A stretch of DNA of 64,000 nucleotides from Rhodothermaceae bacterium bin80 (GTDB lineage: Bacteria > Bacteroidota > Rhodothermia > Rhodothermales > Bin80): positions 123 to 64,122 of the forward strand of contig MPNB01000009.1 of the NCBI GenBank assembly GCA_002238805.1, given 5' to 3'. Positions 48,021 to 58,306 of this stretch are shown in pieces. A model generated the notes under the pieces. It was not told the DNA's origin. It saw only the letters and a program-made list of their open reading frames with translations, and searched no databases. Within the stretch, counting starts at the first letter, position 1. The number at the start of each line of letters is the position of its first letter. The translations under genes and the position numbers were made by a program.

Positions 48021-49946
48021 TCAGTGCTGGGTATTGCGAAAGAACAGCAATCCGCCGCCCAGTCCGCCGCTGAACACGTCCAAGTCACCGTCGTTGTCTA
48101 TATCTATAAAAGCAGGTACCGCAAGTATCGGGAACGGAGCAGGCAGTGTACCGGATTCAACAAAGAGGGGCGCTTGCGCAGTACCCTGATTCATGTATAG
48201 GACCACACCGTCGGCCTCCCGGCCCAGGATCAGATCCTGATCCCCATCTCCGTCCAAGTCTGCAAAGCGTGGGACACTTCGACGTCCGACATCAATTTCC
48301 TCGAACTTATCGCTCACCAGATCAAACTTTGGTGCGTTGGGGCCACCATTATTGAGGTAAAAATTCAGATCTCCAGAAGACTCGCCAATAAACAGGTCGA
48401 GGTCGCCATCAGCATCGATATCTACCAAGGCAGGTGTGCTATTGCTGCCCCGGGTTAGTGTGACAGTGTTGCTTTCGTCCAATACAAAATTTGGGGTGCT
48501 GGGCGTTCCATCATTACGGAAATACAAACTGCCCTTATTCCAGGTACCAACCAACATATCCAGATCGCCGTCAGCATCCAGATCGGCAATGGCGGGGGCA
48601 AGATTATAATGCCCGCCAATATCTAGGGGCTCCCGCTGCTGCCAGCGCAGTGTTCCAGAGTCAGAAATATTTTCAAAGTAAAAAATTTCGCCAGTCTCGA
48701 AATCCTGAGCCGAAATCTTGTTGGACACTAAAACGTCCTGATCCCCATCTCCGTCCAGGTCAGCAAACACTGGATAAGAGTCTGCGCCAACATCAATTCC
48801 AGACAACAGCGTTTTTGTTTTTAGTGTATATCCATCTGGTGTGCGATCCAGGTGATAGAAATTCTCCGCTGCAGATGTGTTGGGGTTGAAGGCCCCTCCA
48901 AGCACTCCAAACAATAACTCTGAATCTCCATCGCCATCCAAATCGGCGAACAGCACGGAATTATAACCGCTGGTCTTCACTGGATCATCAGGCGGATAGG
49001 CTATTGGCTCATTGCGCAGATTGGGGTCAGCACATGTGCCAGTGTTGGCGATTAGCAGGACACCAGCTTCAAAAAAGTCACCCCAAAAAAGATCTTCGTC
49101 TCCATCATTATCCACATCATGAAAGGTGAGTGCATTTGCGCCGTGCAGTGTGGCGAACATCCCCACAATTTCTATATCCTCAAATCGGTTGGTTACGAGT
49201 GCGAATCGTGGCAACCCGGAGTCATCTGAGCCAATGGACTCGTAGTGGAGCACAGTACCGCTTACTCGGCCAATAAACAGGTCCAGCAGGCCGTCACAAT
49301 CAAGGTCTGTTATGGTCGGGATATTTTGGCGATCCATAAAGAGTGGAACACCTTCGGCGTCCCTCAGGGAATCCAGCGGCGCAGAGAATGACGGTGCTGT
49401 TGGTGTTCCCTCGTTGCGAAAGAGGCGTACATAACTGAAGGGGGTTTCCCCCATAAGATCATAGTCACCGTCCTGGTCCAGGTCAACAAACCGGTACCAC
49501 TCTCCCACGTCCAAGTTACGGTATTGATCTGAGCGCCACGTGAATGAGGGATCAGTGGCACTACCGGTATTTTCGAAGTACTTCACATAACCCGTCAGTT
49601 CCTGGACAAACAAATCCAGATCGGCATCTCCGTCAATGTCAACGAACTGTGGTCGGGGGAGATTTAATCCACCGTGGAACGGGTGATCCAAAATCTCGCC
49701 ATCGGAGTTGAGCACCTCTATGCCGTAGACCTCATGCACATAGGAAGGTGGAAATGTCGGGGCTTCCAGACTTATTTCCTGCGTTGTTGCGCAGCCTGCA
49801 AAGAGTACAGCGGCAAGCCCAAGAATTACCCTGAACGGGTTCTTAGCGTGTTCCGAGGCCCGTAGGGTTCGGACCCACTTCGAGCATCCTTGTGATTTCA
49901 CGACTTTCCGAGTCAATGACTGCGATCGCACCTGGAAGATATCCAT
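48021..49946 (-). CDS. FG-GAP/VCBS-repeat lipoprotein (integrin-alpha-like beta-propeller)
   Basis: About ten D.D.DGD.D(L/V)(F/L/V).G calcium-binding repeat motifs. Lipobox-like LAAVLFAGC. The start is uncertain: ATG at 49946, with GTG alternatives at 49931 and 49901. The track ORF start at 50036 overlaps the upstream gene by 190 nt. Confidence 0.8.
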   Translation of the reverse strand: MDIFQVRSQSLTRKVVKSQGCSKWVRTLRASEHAKNPFRVILGLAAVLFAGCATTQEISLEAPTFPPSYVHEVYGIEVLNSDGEILDHPFHGGLNLPRPQFVDIDGDADLDLFVQELTGYVKYFENTGSATDPSFTWRSDQYRNLDVGEWYRFVDLDQDGDYDLMGETPFSYVRLFRNEGTPTAPSFSAPLDSLRDAEGVPLFMDRQNIPTITDLDCDGLLDLFIGRVSGTVLHYESIGSDDSGLPRFALVTNRFEDIEIVGMFATLHGANALTFHDVDNDGDEDLFWGDFFEAGVLLIANTGTCADPNLRNEPIAYPPDDPVKTSGYNSVLFADLDGDGDSELLFGVLGGAFNPNTSAAENFYHLDRTPDGYTLKTKTLLSGIDVGADSYPVFADLDGDGDQDVLVSNKISAQDFETGEIFYFENISDSGTLRWQQREPLDIGGHYNLAPAIADLDADGDLDMLVGTWNKGSLYFRNDGTPSTPNFVLDESNTVTLTRGSNSTPALVDIDADGDLDLFIGESSGDLNFYLNNGGPNAPKFDLVSDKFEEIDVGRRSVPRFADLDGDGDQDLILGREADGVVLYMNQGTAQAPLFVESGTLPAPFPILAVPAFIDIDNDGDLDVFSGGLGGGLLFFRNTQH

Positions 49947-51201
49947 CCTGCCATGTGTATCGTCCATGATAGGCTCCGTTGAGGTTATTGTTTGAAATAT
50001 ACACTGTACGTCCGTCGGGTGATATTGCGGCTCCATGCGGTTCAGAAAGTCCTTCTACTGTTGCCACTACTGCACGCTCTGCGATATCTACGACGGTGGC
50101 CCGATTACCCATTTTGTTACCGAACCAGACAACGCTGCCATCCGGGCTGAAAACCGGATGCCACGGCGCCATCCCAACTTTGATTGATTCGACTAGTGTT
50201 GGGGTAGCAGGATTCGACGTGTCGAAGAAAAAGAACTCTCCGGTAAGCTGTCCGCCCACTACCATGGTCTGGCCATCCGGCGAGACGGCAAACTGTACCA
50301 GTGTATGCGTATCGCCTTCGATCGATTGTAACTCGGGGCTTTCCGACGCATAATCAACTGTGGCCATACGGTTTTCTGCGAGGCTTCCCACGTACACGTA
50401 CGTCCCGGTTGGGTCTATTGCAAGTGCATGTGGACGAGGGAAAAAGACGTCCAACTCCTCGAGATCCAAACTTTCACGTTCAATAATACCGATCCGCTGT
50501 GGCGGGTTGACGGCTTTCATTGAACGCCCTACAAACAGTTGGTGGCCAGCAGGGTTGACCACCAGCATCCCAGGACGCTCGAAGGCAACCTGATCAATCA
50601 ACTCATTCTCACGATTAAACTTGAGCACGGCGTCATCGCCGATCAGGGATACGTAGAATGCGGATCCATCGGGCTCAACGGCCACATGGTGTGGTCTGGA
50701 ATCTGCTGTGAACCCTAACTCCTGTAGATCAATGGTGCGAATCACCAGGTTCGCATCCATATCAATTACTGTCAGTTGAGCTGCCCCCTGGATGCAGGCA
50801 TAAAGGAGGTTGGAGGCATCTGAATAAGCAATGTCTCCGTCATCACTTGGAGCTCCGCGTTCAATCCATGACCGGACAGTCGACAGGTCTTCTTCGGAGA
50901 TATGAGCGGCGTGCATGCTCAGCGGATCCTCGCTGGATAGCTGTGTTGCCAAGCGGATAAGTAGGCTTCCGTCCGAGTCGTAGGGGATCACAACTTCTCC
51001 GTGATCTGAACCTGCCATCAATGTCTCCCATGACTCGAGGGTCAGGCCGGTCTCCCGCTCGAGGAGCGGTTGAAATTTTTCCTGAATAATAGGCAACACT
51101 TCATGGCTAAAAACGCCCGGCATTGATTGAGCCAGTGCGGGCCCCGTAATTGCCGCGAACAGCAGTGCGAAGCTGACCGAAGATTTACGAATCATGATCA
51201 C
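49843..51201 (-). CDS. Secreted YVTN/YncE-type beta-propeller protein with N-terminal haem-less PSCyt1-like domain
   Basis: Signal peptide SFALLFAAITGPALAQ. The N-terminal 90 aa parallel planctomycete cytochrome c domains but lack CxxCH. Recurrent propeller strands follow (PHHVAVEPDGSAFYVS, PHALAIDPTGTYVYVG, PHGAAISPDGRTVYISN). GTG start at 51201, or ATG at 51195. Confidence 0.7.
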   Translation of the reverse strand: MIMIRKSSVSFALLFAAITGPALAQSMPGVFSHEVLPIIQEKFQPLLERETGLTLESWETLMAGSDHGEVVIPYDSDGSLLIRLATQLSSEDPLSMHAAHISEEDLSTVRSWIERGAPSDDGDIAYSDASNLLYACIQGAAQLTVIDMDANLVIRTIDLQELGFTADSRPHHVAVEPDGSAFYVSLIGDDAVLKFNRENELIDQVAFERPGMLVVNPAGHQLFVGRSMKAVNPPQRIGIIERESLDLEELDVFFPRPHALAIDPTGTYVYVGSLAENRMATVDYASESPELQSIEGDTHTLVQFAVSPDGQTMVVGGQLTGEFFFFDTSNPATPTLVESIKVGMAPWHPVFSPDGSVVWFGNKMGNRATVVDIAERAVVATVEGLSEPHGAAISPDGRTVYISNNNLNGAYHGRYTWQDGYLPGAIAVIDSESREITRMLEVGPNPTGLGTR

Positions 51202-53582
51202 AAGTCAATATTCCGCTTCCGAACGATAAAGAGACCTTCATTCATGCTGGTGATTAAAATAGTGCCGCTGGGGAAGTAGGGGTAATTGCTCCATGAACCA
51301 GCAAAACCTGGGTCGTCATCACCATGAGGGACGGTGTCAAAGAATCCAACCTCCACTGGATTGATTCGGTCGCTGATGTCGAAAATGCGCAGGCCGCTCT
51401 TGTAATTAGACTGATACATCAAGTCTCCCTGAATATAAAGGTTATGATCACTCGCAAGGTTTTCTGACACGAACTCTTTAGCGAGTTGTGGATCATCCAG
51501 GTCGGTGATATCCCAAATGAGCGTCCGGGTACCAACAATTTTCCCCTGCAGTTCGTCCAGCTCATCATTCATATAGAAATATTCAAAGTCGTCCGTGACC
51601 CAGCCTTGGTGTGCATATCCTACGTTCGGGTATTCCGCCGATGAAAGGGCGACTGGTTCTTCCTTATTGGTAACGTCCGAGATACTCAGCGCGGTTTCAT
51701 TCGCGTTGAAGCAAATTTCTTTGCCTTGGTGATCTGCATCCGGTCCTTCGTAGATCACGCACTGTGCATCATGCGAATATCCTGTGCCTGAGCGTCCGGT
51801 ATTTTCGTCCGCAAAGCAGCCGGCAAATACAGGCGTGAGAGGATCCTGTATGTTGATCATGTGCAGACCGCCTCCACAGGAGTTGCCGCCGCCACTGCTT
51901 CCTACGGCGTAGGCGAAGCCAGTATCTTCGTTGATCACAATGTTATGCGCGCTTGCGATACCGTCGTAAACAGCATCTTCGGAATACTTCACGGGCTCTT
52001 CGGTATCCTCACGCAGGTGTCGGAGATCAAATACCTGCATTCCGTGCTGTCCTGCGTTGTCAGCAACGATAAAAGCGTGATCTGCGTAGACCTTGACATC
52101 CCGCCAGGTAGAAGGGTTTGCGCCTTCCGTTAACGGGAGATCTCCCTTCAAAACCGGGTTGGCCGGATCACTGATGTCCACAAATACCATTCCGTCGTTG
52201 CGGCCCACTAATGCATACTCACGGTCTGTTTCAGGGTCTATCCAGCCCCAGACATCATTCGCATGACTGCTACTGGTCCCCATTAGATCTTCCACAGTCA
52301 TGAAGGACAATAGATCTACATTGTTGCAGCCAAACTGGCCCGCAATTCCTTCGGTGCAGTCTACTGCACCACTGGATACGAGCGGAGGTGGTTCTTTGCC
52401 GGTTTTCAGAGGCTCGCTTATTGCCCACTCACCTGTTTCCGAATCCAAATTGGCTATGCGGACGGTGCCTTGTCCCATGCCGGAGGCGGGAGCACTAATG
52501 ACGGCTCCCTGGTCGCTCATGGAGATCACAAGCCCGAAGATCTGATCTCCATCCCCACCTGCTATTTCGCCTGTCTTGGTCCACATCATTGTTTCGGGAT
52601 CAAGCTCATAGGCCCAAGCACCTCCTGCCTGACCATTCGCGATCGGGGTGCCTACCAGCAGTTGCGTATCGCTATGGTCAAACCCAATGGCGAAGATGTC
52701 AGTTTGCCCATCCGATTCACCATCAAGAACCTGGAGGATTTCGGGTCCCTCTTCTCCAATGCTTGCCCAGACCAGTTTACCTGGAGGAGGTGGCGCAGTG
52801 GGTTGGGTGTTAGGAGTGATTCCAGGGCCTGCTGCGAGCAGAAAATCGTTGCCAACAGATTTTACCAGTGTGCCAAGGCCTGCAGCATTTATGCTTTCGT
52901 GGTCACCGCTCAGGACCATCTCTCCGTGCCAGTTGTCTCCGTGATCAGCAAAATGGTACACGGCACCGGCGCCTTCGTTGGCGCCTGGGGCACCGACGTA
53001 AACGGTCCCGTTGCCGGCAACGGCAATTGATGTTCCAAATAAGTCACTGTCCTGGACCCCTTCAGGAGCCAGTGTGGCAGTATGTTCGAGGCCGGCCTCG
53101 GTTTGCATGTAGACGGCAGCAGAATTGATAGTAGTAACGCCGACCATGCCACTGGTAACAAGTGTAGATACTGCAATGGCAATGGCTCCCCCGATGGGAG
53201 CTTCTGTAGAGCCGGTCGTTTTAGCTACTTCCTGCCAGTCGCCGGTTTCCGGGTTGCGAGCAAACAGGTAGACTGCTCCGCCAAGACTGTCCAGAGATGG
53301 CGCGCCAATCGCAAGATGATCTCCGTCTATGGCTATACTGTAGCCAAACGCGTCGCCTGGTTTTGCGTCCGAAGCCATGAGCTCGGCTGCAACTTCCCAG
53401 CCTTCTCCATCCTCCGAAAGCTGATAAACATAGACCAGCCCTGATTCGTCGCTATCGGGTACAGGATGCCCTATGAAGATTGAATTGCCGCTAATCTCGG
53501 AAGAGAGGCCAAAGGCGTTTGGCTGTGCGTAAGCAGCAGATGGAAGCAAAAAGAATAGTAAAAGGGGTAAAAAACGGTTCAT
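51198..53582 (-). CDS. Secreted FG-GAP-like + LVIVD-repeat (choice-of-anchor-B-type) protein
   Basis: The preferred ATG at 53582 gives the signal peptide MNRFLPLLLFFLLPSAAYAQ; the track ORF uses a TTG at 53624. The C-terminal half has LVIVD-like strands (GMQVFDLRHL, GLRIFDISD, LFIV). Confidence 0.7.
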   Translation of the reverse strand: MNRFLPLLLFFLLPSAAYAQPNAFGLSSEISGNSIFIGHPVPDSDESGLVYVYQLSEDGEGWEVAAELMASDAKPGDAFGYSIAIDGDHLAIGAPSLDSLGGAVYLFARNPETGDWQEVAKTTGSTEAPIGGAIAIAVSTLVTSGMVGVTTINSAAVYMQTEAGLEHTATLAPEGVQDSDLFGTSIAVAGNGTVYVGAPGANEGAGAVYHFADHGDNWHGEMVLSGDHESINAAGLGTLVKSVGNDFLLAAGPGITPNTQPTAPPPPGKLVWASIGEEGPEILQVLDGESDGQTDIFAIGFDHSDTQLLVGTPIANGQAGGAWAYELDPETMMWTKTGEIAGGDGDQIFGLVISMSDQGAVISAPASGMGQGTVRIANLDSETGEWAISEPLKTGKEPPPLVSSGAVDCTEGIAGQFGCNNVDLLSFMTVEDLMGTSSSHANDVWGWIDPETDREYALVGRNDGMVFVDISDPANPVLKGDLPLTEGANPSTWRDVKVYADHAFIVADNAGQHGMQVFDLRHLREDTEEPVKYSEDAVYDGIASAHNIVINEDTGFAYAVGSSGGGNSCGGGLHMINIQDPLTPVFAGCFADENTGRSGTGYSHDAQCVIYEGPDADHQGKEICFNANETALSISDVTNKEEPVALSSAEYPNVGYAHQGWVTDDFEYFYMNDELDELQGKIVGTRTLIWDITDLDDPQLAKEFVSENLASDHNLYIQGDLMYQSNYKSGLRIFDISDRINPVEVGFFDTVPHGDDDPGFAGSWSNYPYFPSGTILITSMNEGLFIVRKRNIDL

Positions 53583-53625
53583 GAGGGCTTGCCTTAGGCA
53601 AATGTTGATGGAAGACATGGACAAC

Positions 53626-55560
53626 CTACTCTGGTACGATATTTGCCTCAGTAGGATGCAAACGTGTATCAGGCGCCTTTTTCAGCACTAGGAAAGCAAG
53701 TGGAGGCAGTATAACGACGACACTTGCGGGGCATCCGTGGCAGGGGATGGGCACGCTTTCTGCCTGTCCCATGTTGCCCATGCCGCTTCCTCCATACACC
53801 GTTGCATCACTGTTTAACCGCTCCTGCCACCATCCTTCCTCTTTTACTCCAATCCTAAAATTCTCGCGTGGGATTGGAGTCATGTTCAGGGCAAAAATCA
53901 TACTTTCGGATCCTTGCTTGCGTTCGTAAATCAGAATCGAGTCGTCGGTGTGCTCACCAATCCACGACCAGCCATCTGCGCTATCGTTCCATAGAGGAGC
54001 ACAATCCAGATACAGAGTGTTGAGGTCTTGTACGAGGCGGAAAATTCCGCTGTTCAGTGGACGATCTAGCAGTTCCCAGCGGAGCGGTTGATCGTGATTC
54101 CATTCCTCAGTCTGGGCAAACTCACTCCCCATGAAGAGCATTTTCTTGCCGGGGTGACCAAACATATGCCCGAGGAGCAGACGGTAGTTGGCTGCTTTCT
54201 GCCATTCATCTCCTGGCATACGGTCCCATAGCGAGCCCTTTCCATGGACCACTTCGTCATGAGAAAGTGGAAGTACATAGTGCTCGCTGAAGGCATACAT
54301 GAAGGAAAACGTGAGCCGGTTGTGGTGATATTTTCGGTGCACAGGGTCCTCCTGTATGTAGGCGAGCGTGTCGTGCATCCAACCCATATTCCATTTGTAC
54401 ATAAAGCCCAATCCGTGATCGTAGGTCGGAGCCGAGACCCCCCTGAAGGCAGTAGATTCTTCAGCAATCGTAAATGCTCCCGGAAAATTGGAGTAGATGG
54501 CCTCGTTTGTTTTTTTGATTAGATCAATGGCTTCCAGATTCTCATTTCCACCGAAAATGTTGGGCGACCAGTCCTCACGTGAGTAATCTCGGTAAAGCAT
54601 GGAGGCGACTGCATCAACCCGCAGCGCGTCCACATGATATCTATCGAGCCAAAACAATGCGTTTGAGATCAAAAAATTACGCACTTCGGTTCTGCCATAG
54701 TCAAAGATGCAGGTTCCCCAATCCGGGTGATAGCGCATCTTTGGGTCGTCGTACTCGAACAGGGTAGAGCCATCATAAAAGACCAATCCTTGCGGATCCG
54801 TTGCAAAGTGGGCAGGCACCCAATCCAAGATCACCCCGATACCGTGCTGATGCAATGTGTCGATAAGAAACATCAGGTCTTCGGGTGGGCCGTATCGATG
54901 CGTGGGCGCAAAGTAGCCCATTACCTGATATCCCCAGGATCCATAGAATGCATGCTCAGCAACGGGCAGAAGCTCAACGTGCGTAAAACCCAGGTTCTTA
55001 ACGTGGTTCGCGAGCAGTGCGGCAATCTCACGATAAGAAAGAGAGGTACCCAGATCCTTGTGTCGCCAGGACCCAAGGTGCACCTCATAGATTGACATGG
55101 GCTTGTTCAGCGTACCCGGTCCATTGCGCTGATCCATCCACGTTTCATCCTGCCATTCATGTTCTAGGGGAGTCAGGATTGCGGACAGACCTTGAACACT
55201 GCTGCCATGTGGTACCGGCGGCTCCATCTGGAACGCAAAAGGGTCGGACTTATCGGCCGTATGCAGACCACGCCGAATACGGTATTTATACCGGTGCCCC
55301 CATGCAGCTCCGGGGACAAAACATTCCCAGCAGCCACTCCCGGTTCGTTGCATGGGATGCGCATCGGCATTCCAGGCATTAAAATCGCCAATGACACTGA
55401 CCGAATCAGCGTCGGGTGCCCAGACTGCAAACCACGCCCCGTCTACCACCAAATGTCCACCAAGTCGGTCATAGCTCTTGATAAGCGTCCCCTGAGACCA
55501 GAAATAGAGATCCTCATCTGAGAGCCACTTTCCATCATCTGTCTTGGATCTGGTTTTCAT
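53626..55560 (-). CDS. glgB: 1,4-alpha-glucan branching enzyme
   Basis: 644 aa. [20 protein letters not shown] (CBM48) and GH13 blocks: [39 protein letters not shown]. Confidence 0.9.
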   Translation of the reverse strand: MKTRSKTDDGKWLSDEDLYFWSQGTLIKSYDRLGGHLVVDGAWFAVWAPDADSVSVIGDFNAWNADAHPMQRTGSGCWECFVPGAAWGHRYKYRIRRGLHTADKSDPFAFQMEPPVPHGSSVQGLSAILTPLEHEWQDETWMDQRNGPGTLNKPMSIYEVHLGSWRHKDLGTSLSYREIAALLANHVKNLGFTHVELLPVAEHAFYGSWGYQVMGYFAPTHRYGPPEDLMFLIDTLHQHGIGVILDWVPAHFATDPQGLVFYDGSTLFEYDDPKMRYHPDWGTCIFDYGRTEVRNFLISNALFWLDRYHVDALRVDAVASMLYRDYSREDWSPNIFGGNENLEAIDLIKKTNEAIYSNFPGAFTIAEESTAFRGVSAPTYDHGLGFMYKWNMGWMHDTLAYIQEDPVHRKYHHNRLTFSFMYAFSEHYVLPLSHDEVVHGKGSLWDRMPGDEWQKAANYRLLLGHMFGHPGKKMLFMGSEFAQTEEWNHDQPLRWELLDRPLNSGIFRLVQDLNTLYLDCAPLWNDSADGWSWIGEHTDDSILIYERKQGSESMIFALNMTPIPRENFRIGVKEEGWWQERLNSDATVYGGSGMGNMGQAESVPIPCHGCPASVVVILPPLAFLVLKKAPDTRLHPTEANIVPE

Positions 55561-55563
55561 CAG

Positions 55564-57537
55564 CTATACGAAATAGTCAAAGTCCGCTTCTGTCCGTACA
55601 CGGCGAAGAATTTGAAAAATTCGTACGGGCATAACATGCGGATCTATGCGGATATGGTGGTGGTTTCCCTGCCAGATATATCGCTCACCGCCAAGTAAAT
55701 CAAGCATCTGGAACGGTGCCGCAGCAGGCAATCCTAAATCTTCAAGGGGCAGACGGATTACTCCCTCCTGTACCTGAAATGGATCCAGGCTTACGACGCA
55801 TACAATTGAGTTTGGTCCTGCATTCTTGCAATAGGCAAGCATAAGTGGGTTCTGGATGCTCAGGAACTGCAAATTACGCAATTGCTGCAGGGCCCTGTTG
55901 TCTCTTCTGATTCGGTTGACACGCCGGAAAATAGCCTGCAGAGAATCAGGATCATCCCAGTTCCATGTGCGGATTTCGTACTTCTCATTATCGGCGTACT
56001 CTTCCCGGTCCGGGTGCTGGTTGGCAACCACATGTTCGTAGGGTGGACCGTAAATACCGTACACGGGAGACAGAGTGGCTGCGAGCACGTAACGGATAAT
56101 GTGTGCGGGGCGTCCACCGCTGGCCAGATACTCGTGCAGAATGTCTGGTGTATTCGGCCAGAAATTCGGCCGAAAATACTCGACAACATTGGTCGTGGTC
56201 AGCTCCTGGAGGTAAGTGGTCAGTTCTTCTTTCGTGTTACGCCAAGTGAAATACGTGTACGAATTATTGAAACCCAGTTTTGCAAGCGTGTACATCGTTT
56301 TCGGACGCGTGAACGCCTCTGCCAGGAAAATCAGGTCAGGATATTTAGTCCGGAGACGGGTTAGGCACCATATCCAGAATGCCAGTGGCTTGGTATGTGG
56401 GTTGTCTACCCGAAATATCCGTACACCACGCTTTACCCAAAATTCGAATATATCCTTCAGTGCTTCCCAGAGTGTACGCCACTCCGCGCATTCGAAATCC
56501 AACGGAAACACATCTTGGTACTTTTTCGGGGGATTTTCCGCATAGCGGATACTGCCGTCGGCGCGTTTTTTGAACCACTCGGGATGTTCTTTAACCCATG
56601 GGTGGTCGGGAGAGCACTGGAACGCGATATCAAGTGCAACTTCCAGCCCCAATTTGTTTGCTGTAGTGATAAACCGATCGAATGCAGGCAGACCACCTAG
56701 ATCTTTGTGTACGCTGGTATGTCCGCCGTCGGGGCCGCCGATTGCCCAGGGGCTGCCTGGTTCGCCCGGCTGCGCCACTGAGTTGTTATCCTTACCTTTG
56801 CGGAAGGTGGTACCGATCGGGTGGATTGGTGGCAAATAGACAATATCAAAGCCCATATCCCGTATACCTTCAAGGCGGGAGGCCGCGTCATCCAGTGTTC
56901 CGTGTATACCGGGCACATTGGTGCTGGAACGGGGAAAAAATTCGTACCATGCCGCAAAGCCAGCGAGCTCACGGTCCACATCTACTGTAATAACGGTGCT
57001 TTTGACCGCGCCCCTTTGAGGATCATTTTCCAGAGCTAATCGCAGAGGTTCCTGTGCTAGGGGAGCACGTATATTGCCTGCGGTATATTGCTCAGCGAAA
57101 GCCAGAAGTTGCTCACGAGCTTCACGGGGTGCATTCACGGCGTACTCCTTGAGCAAGGCTGCTCCGTCCAGGAGTTCTACTTTCAATTCAGTTTCGGGCA
57201 CTCCCCCCTCGACTCGACGTTTGTACTGCTCCTGCCATGATCCGTAACGATCGATCCAAGCACGCACGTGATAGGTATACAGGCCGGGTGCTTCGGTAAT
57301 GAAAGCACCAGTATATTCATCGTTGTGGACCAGCGTCATGGGTATCTCTTCGGTGGCACCGCCCAGGCGTGTGGCGTGGAGTCTGGCGCACAGTCGATCG
57401 TGTCCGTCAACAATTATGCCGGCGGTTACGCTGATAGACTCACCCACGATCCGTTTGATAGGCCAATCGCCATCATGAACGTAGGGGTATACAGAAGTGA
57501 TAAAAACGCGAGACCAACGTTCGGAAACGGACTTCAT
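55564..57537 (-). CDS. glgE: Alpha-1,4-glucan:maltose-1-phosphate maltosyltransferase
   Basis: 657 aa. The typical GlgE N terminus (RVFITSVYPYVHDGDWPIKRIVGESISVTA.IVDGHD), then GH13_3 blocks: VALDIAFQCSPDHPW, IFRVDNPHTKP, FLAEAFT. Confidence 0.85.
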   Translation of the reverse strand: MKSVSERWSRVFITSVYPYVHDGDWPIKRIVGESISVTAGIIVDGHDRLCARLHATRLGGATEEIPMTLVHNDEYTGAFITEAPGLYTYHVRAWIDRYGSWQEQYKRRVEGGVPETELKVELLDGAALLKEYAVNAPREAREQLLAFAEQYTAGNIRAPLAQEPLRLALENDPQRGAVKSTVITVDVDRELAGFAAWYEFFPRSSTNVPGIHGTLDDAASRLEGIRDMGFDIVYLPPIHPIGTTFRKGKDNNSVAQPGEPGSPWAIGGPDGGHTSVHKDLGGLPAFDRFITTANKLGLEVALDIAFQCSPDHPWVKEHPEWFKKRADGSIRYAENPPKKYQDVFPLDFECAEWRTLWEALKDIFEFWVKRGVRIFRVDNPHTKPLAFWIWCLTRLRTKYPDLIFLAEAFTRPKTMYTLAKLGFNNSYTYFTWRNTKEELTTYLQELTTTNVVEYFRPNFWPNTPDILHEYLASGGRPAHIIRYVLAATLSPVYGIYGPPYEHVVANQHPDREEYADNEKYEIRTWNWDDPDSLQAIFRRVNRIRRDNRALQQLRNLQFLSIQNPLMLAYCKNAGPNSIVCVVSLDPFQVQEGVIRLPLEDLGLPAAAPFQMLDLLGGERYIWQGNHHHIRIDPHVMPVRIFQILRRVRTEADFDYFV

Positions 57538-57580
57538 ATTGCGGGCAATTGTTTATGGGAATTATACCCGTGAGTAACCA

Positions 57581-58111
57581 TTATGTAGTTCCCCATTCAT
57601 CCATTTCACGGGTCATAGGAGTCGGTGACCCGAAAGCCCCTCGCAGTGCGGTTGTTCCAATACCCGAGGCCAGTATATATGTGGCCGCATTCAGGTCCAC
57701 ATGGTCACAAGCCACACACACGAATTTATTCTGGGTCGTTCGATTACCTGCCTCGGTATGTCCACACAAATAACACCGCTGACTCGTATACGCCGCTCTG
57801 ACCTTGATCACCTCACGACATTTATAGCCCAGCATCTGATCCAGCTGGCCCCAACCTGCTTTCAGGATTTCACAGTTGAGCCCAGACTTCTGCTTCACGT
57901 TTGTACTCGGGGATACAGTCGTCCCCTTCGCCGAACGCATCATCGCTTTCTCATACGCATCGTTTTGTTGTGCGAGCATAACGTTCCATATAAACCTGCA
58001 TGCGCCCGCTAAGCCAGCTAACTCCTTCGCTTTGCCTCGGCTACCAGGTAATGACTTGTACGTGATGTTGCGGTATGTACTAGCCGCTTCGTTCATAAAC
58101 AAACGGCCCAA
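57581..58111 (-). pseudogene. IS200/IS605-family TnpB remnant with internal deletion
   Basis: The C-terminal AAYTSQRCYLCGHTEAGNRTTQNKFVCVACDHVDLNAATYILASG gives RuvC-III plus the zinc finger. The N-terminal part has ...CRFIWNVMLAQQNDAY. Only 176 aa remain of an expected ~400, and the segments carrying the RuvC-I/II catalytic D/E are missing. Confidence 0.7.
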
Positions 58112-58306
58112 AATTTGGTTAACCGGGAGGCGGTCATAGCATCAGTGCGAATAACGATGTTATGGTAAGTACTGGGTCGGACGGCTAGTCGGCCCAGCGT
58201 GTCCGTATGTCCCCTTGACCAAAAAATTCATGGTTATTCATGGATAGAATCCCCTATGTGCTCATCCAACTTACCAAACATCGTATCTGCCCGTTGGGCT
58301 AGATGA

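Noticed and set aside
47735-48073. A 112-aa plus-strand ORF between the protease and the FG-GAP gene.
   Set aside because: Its 3' third overlaps the end of the FG-GAP gene on the other strand, no motif is recognisable, and it lies in IS-scarred sequence. It is probably non-coding or a fragment.
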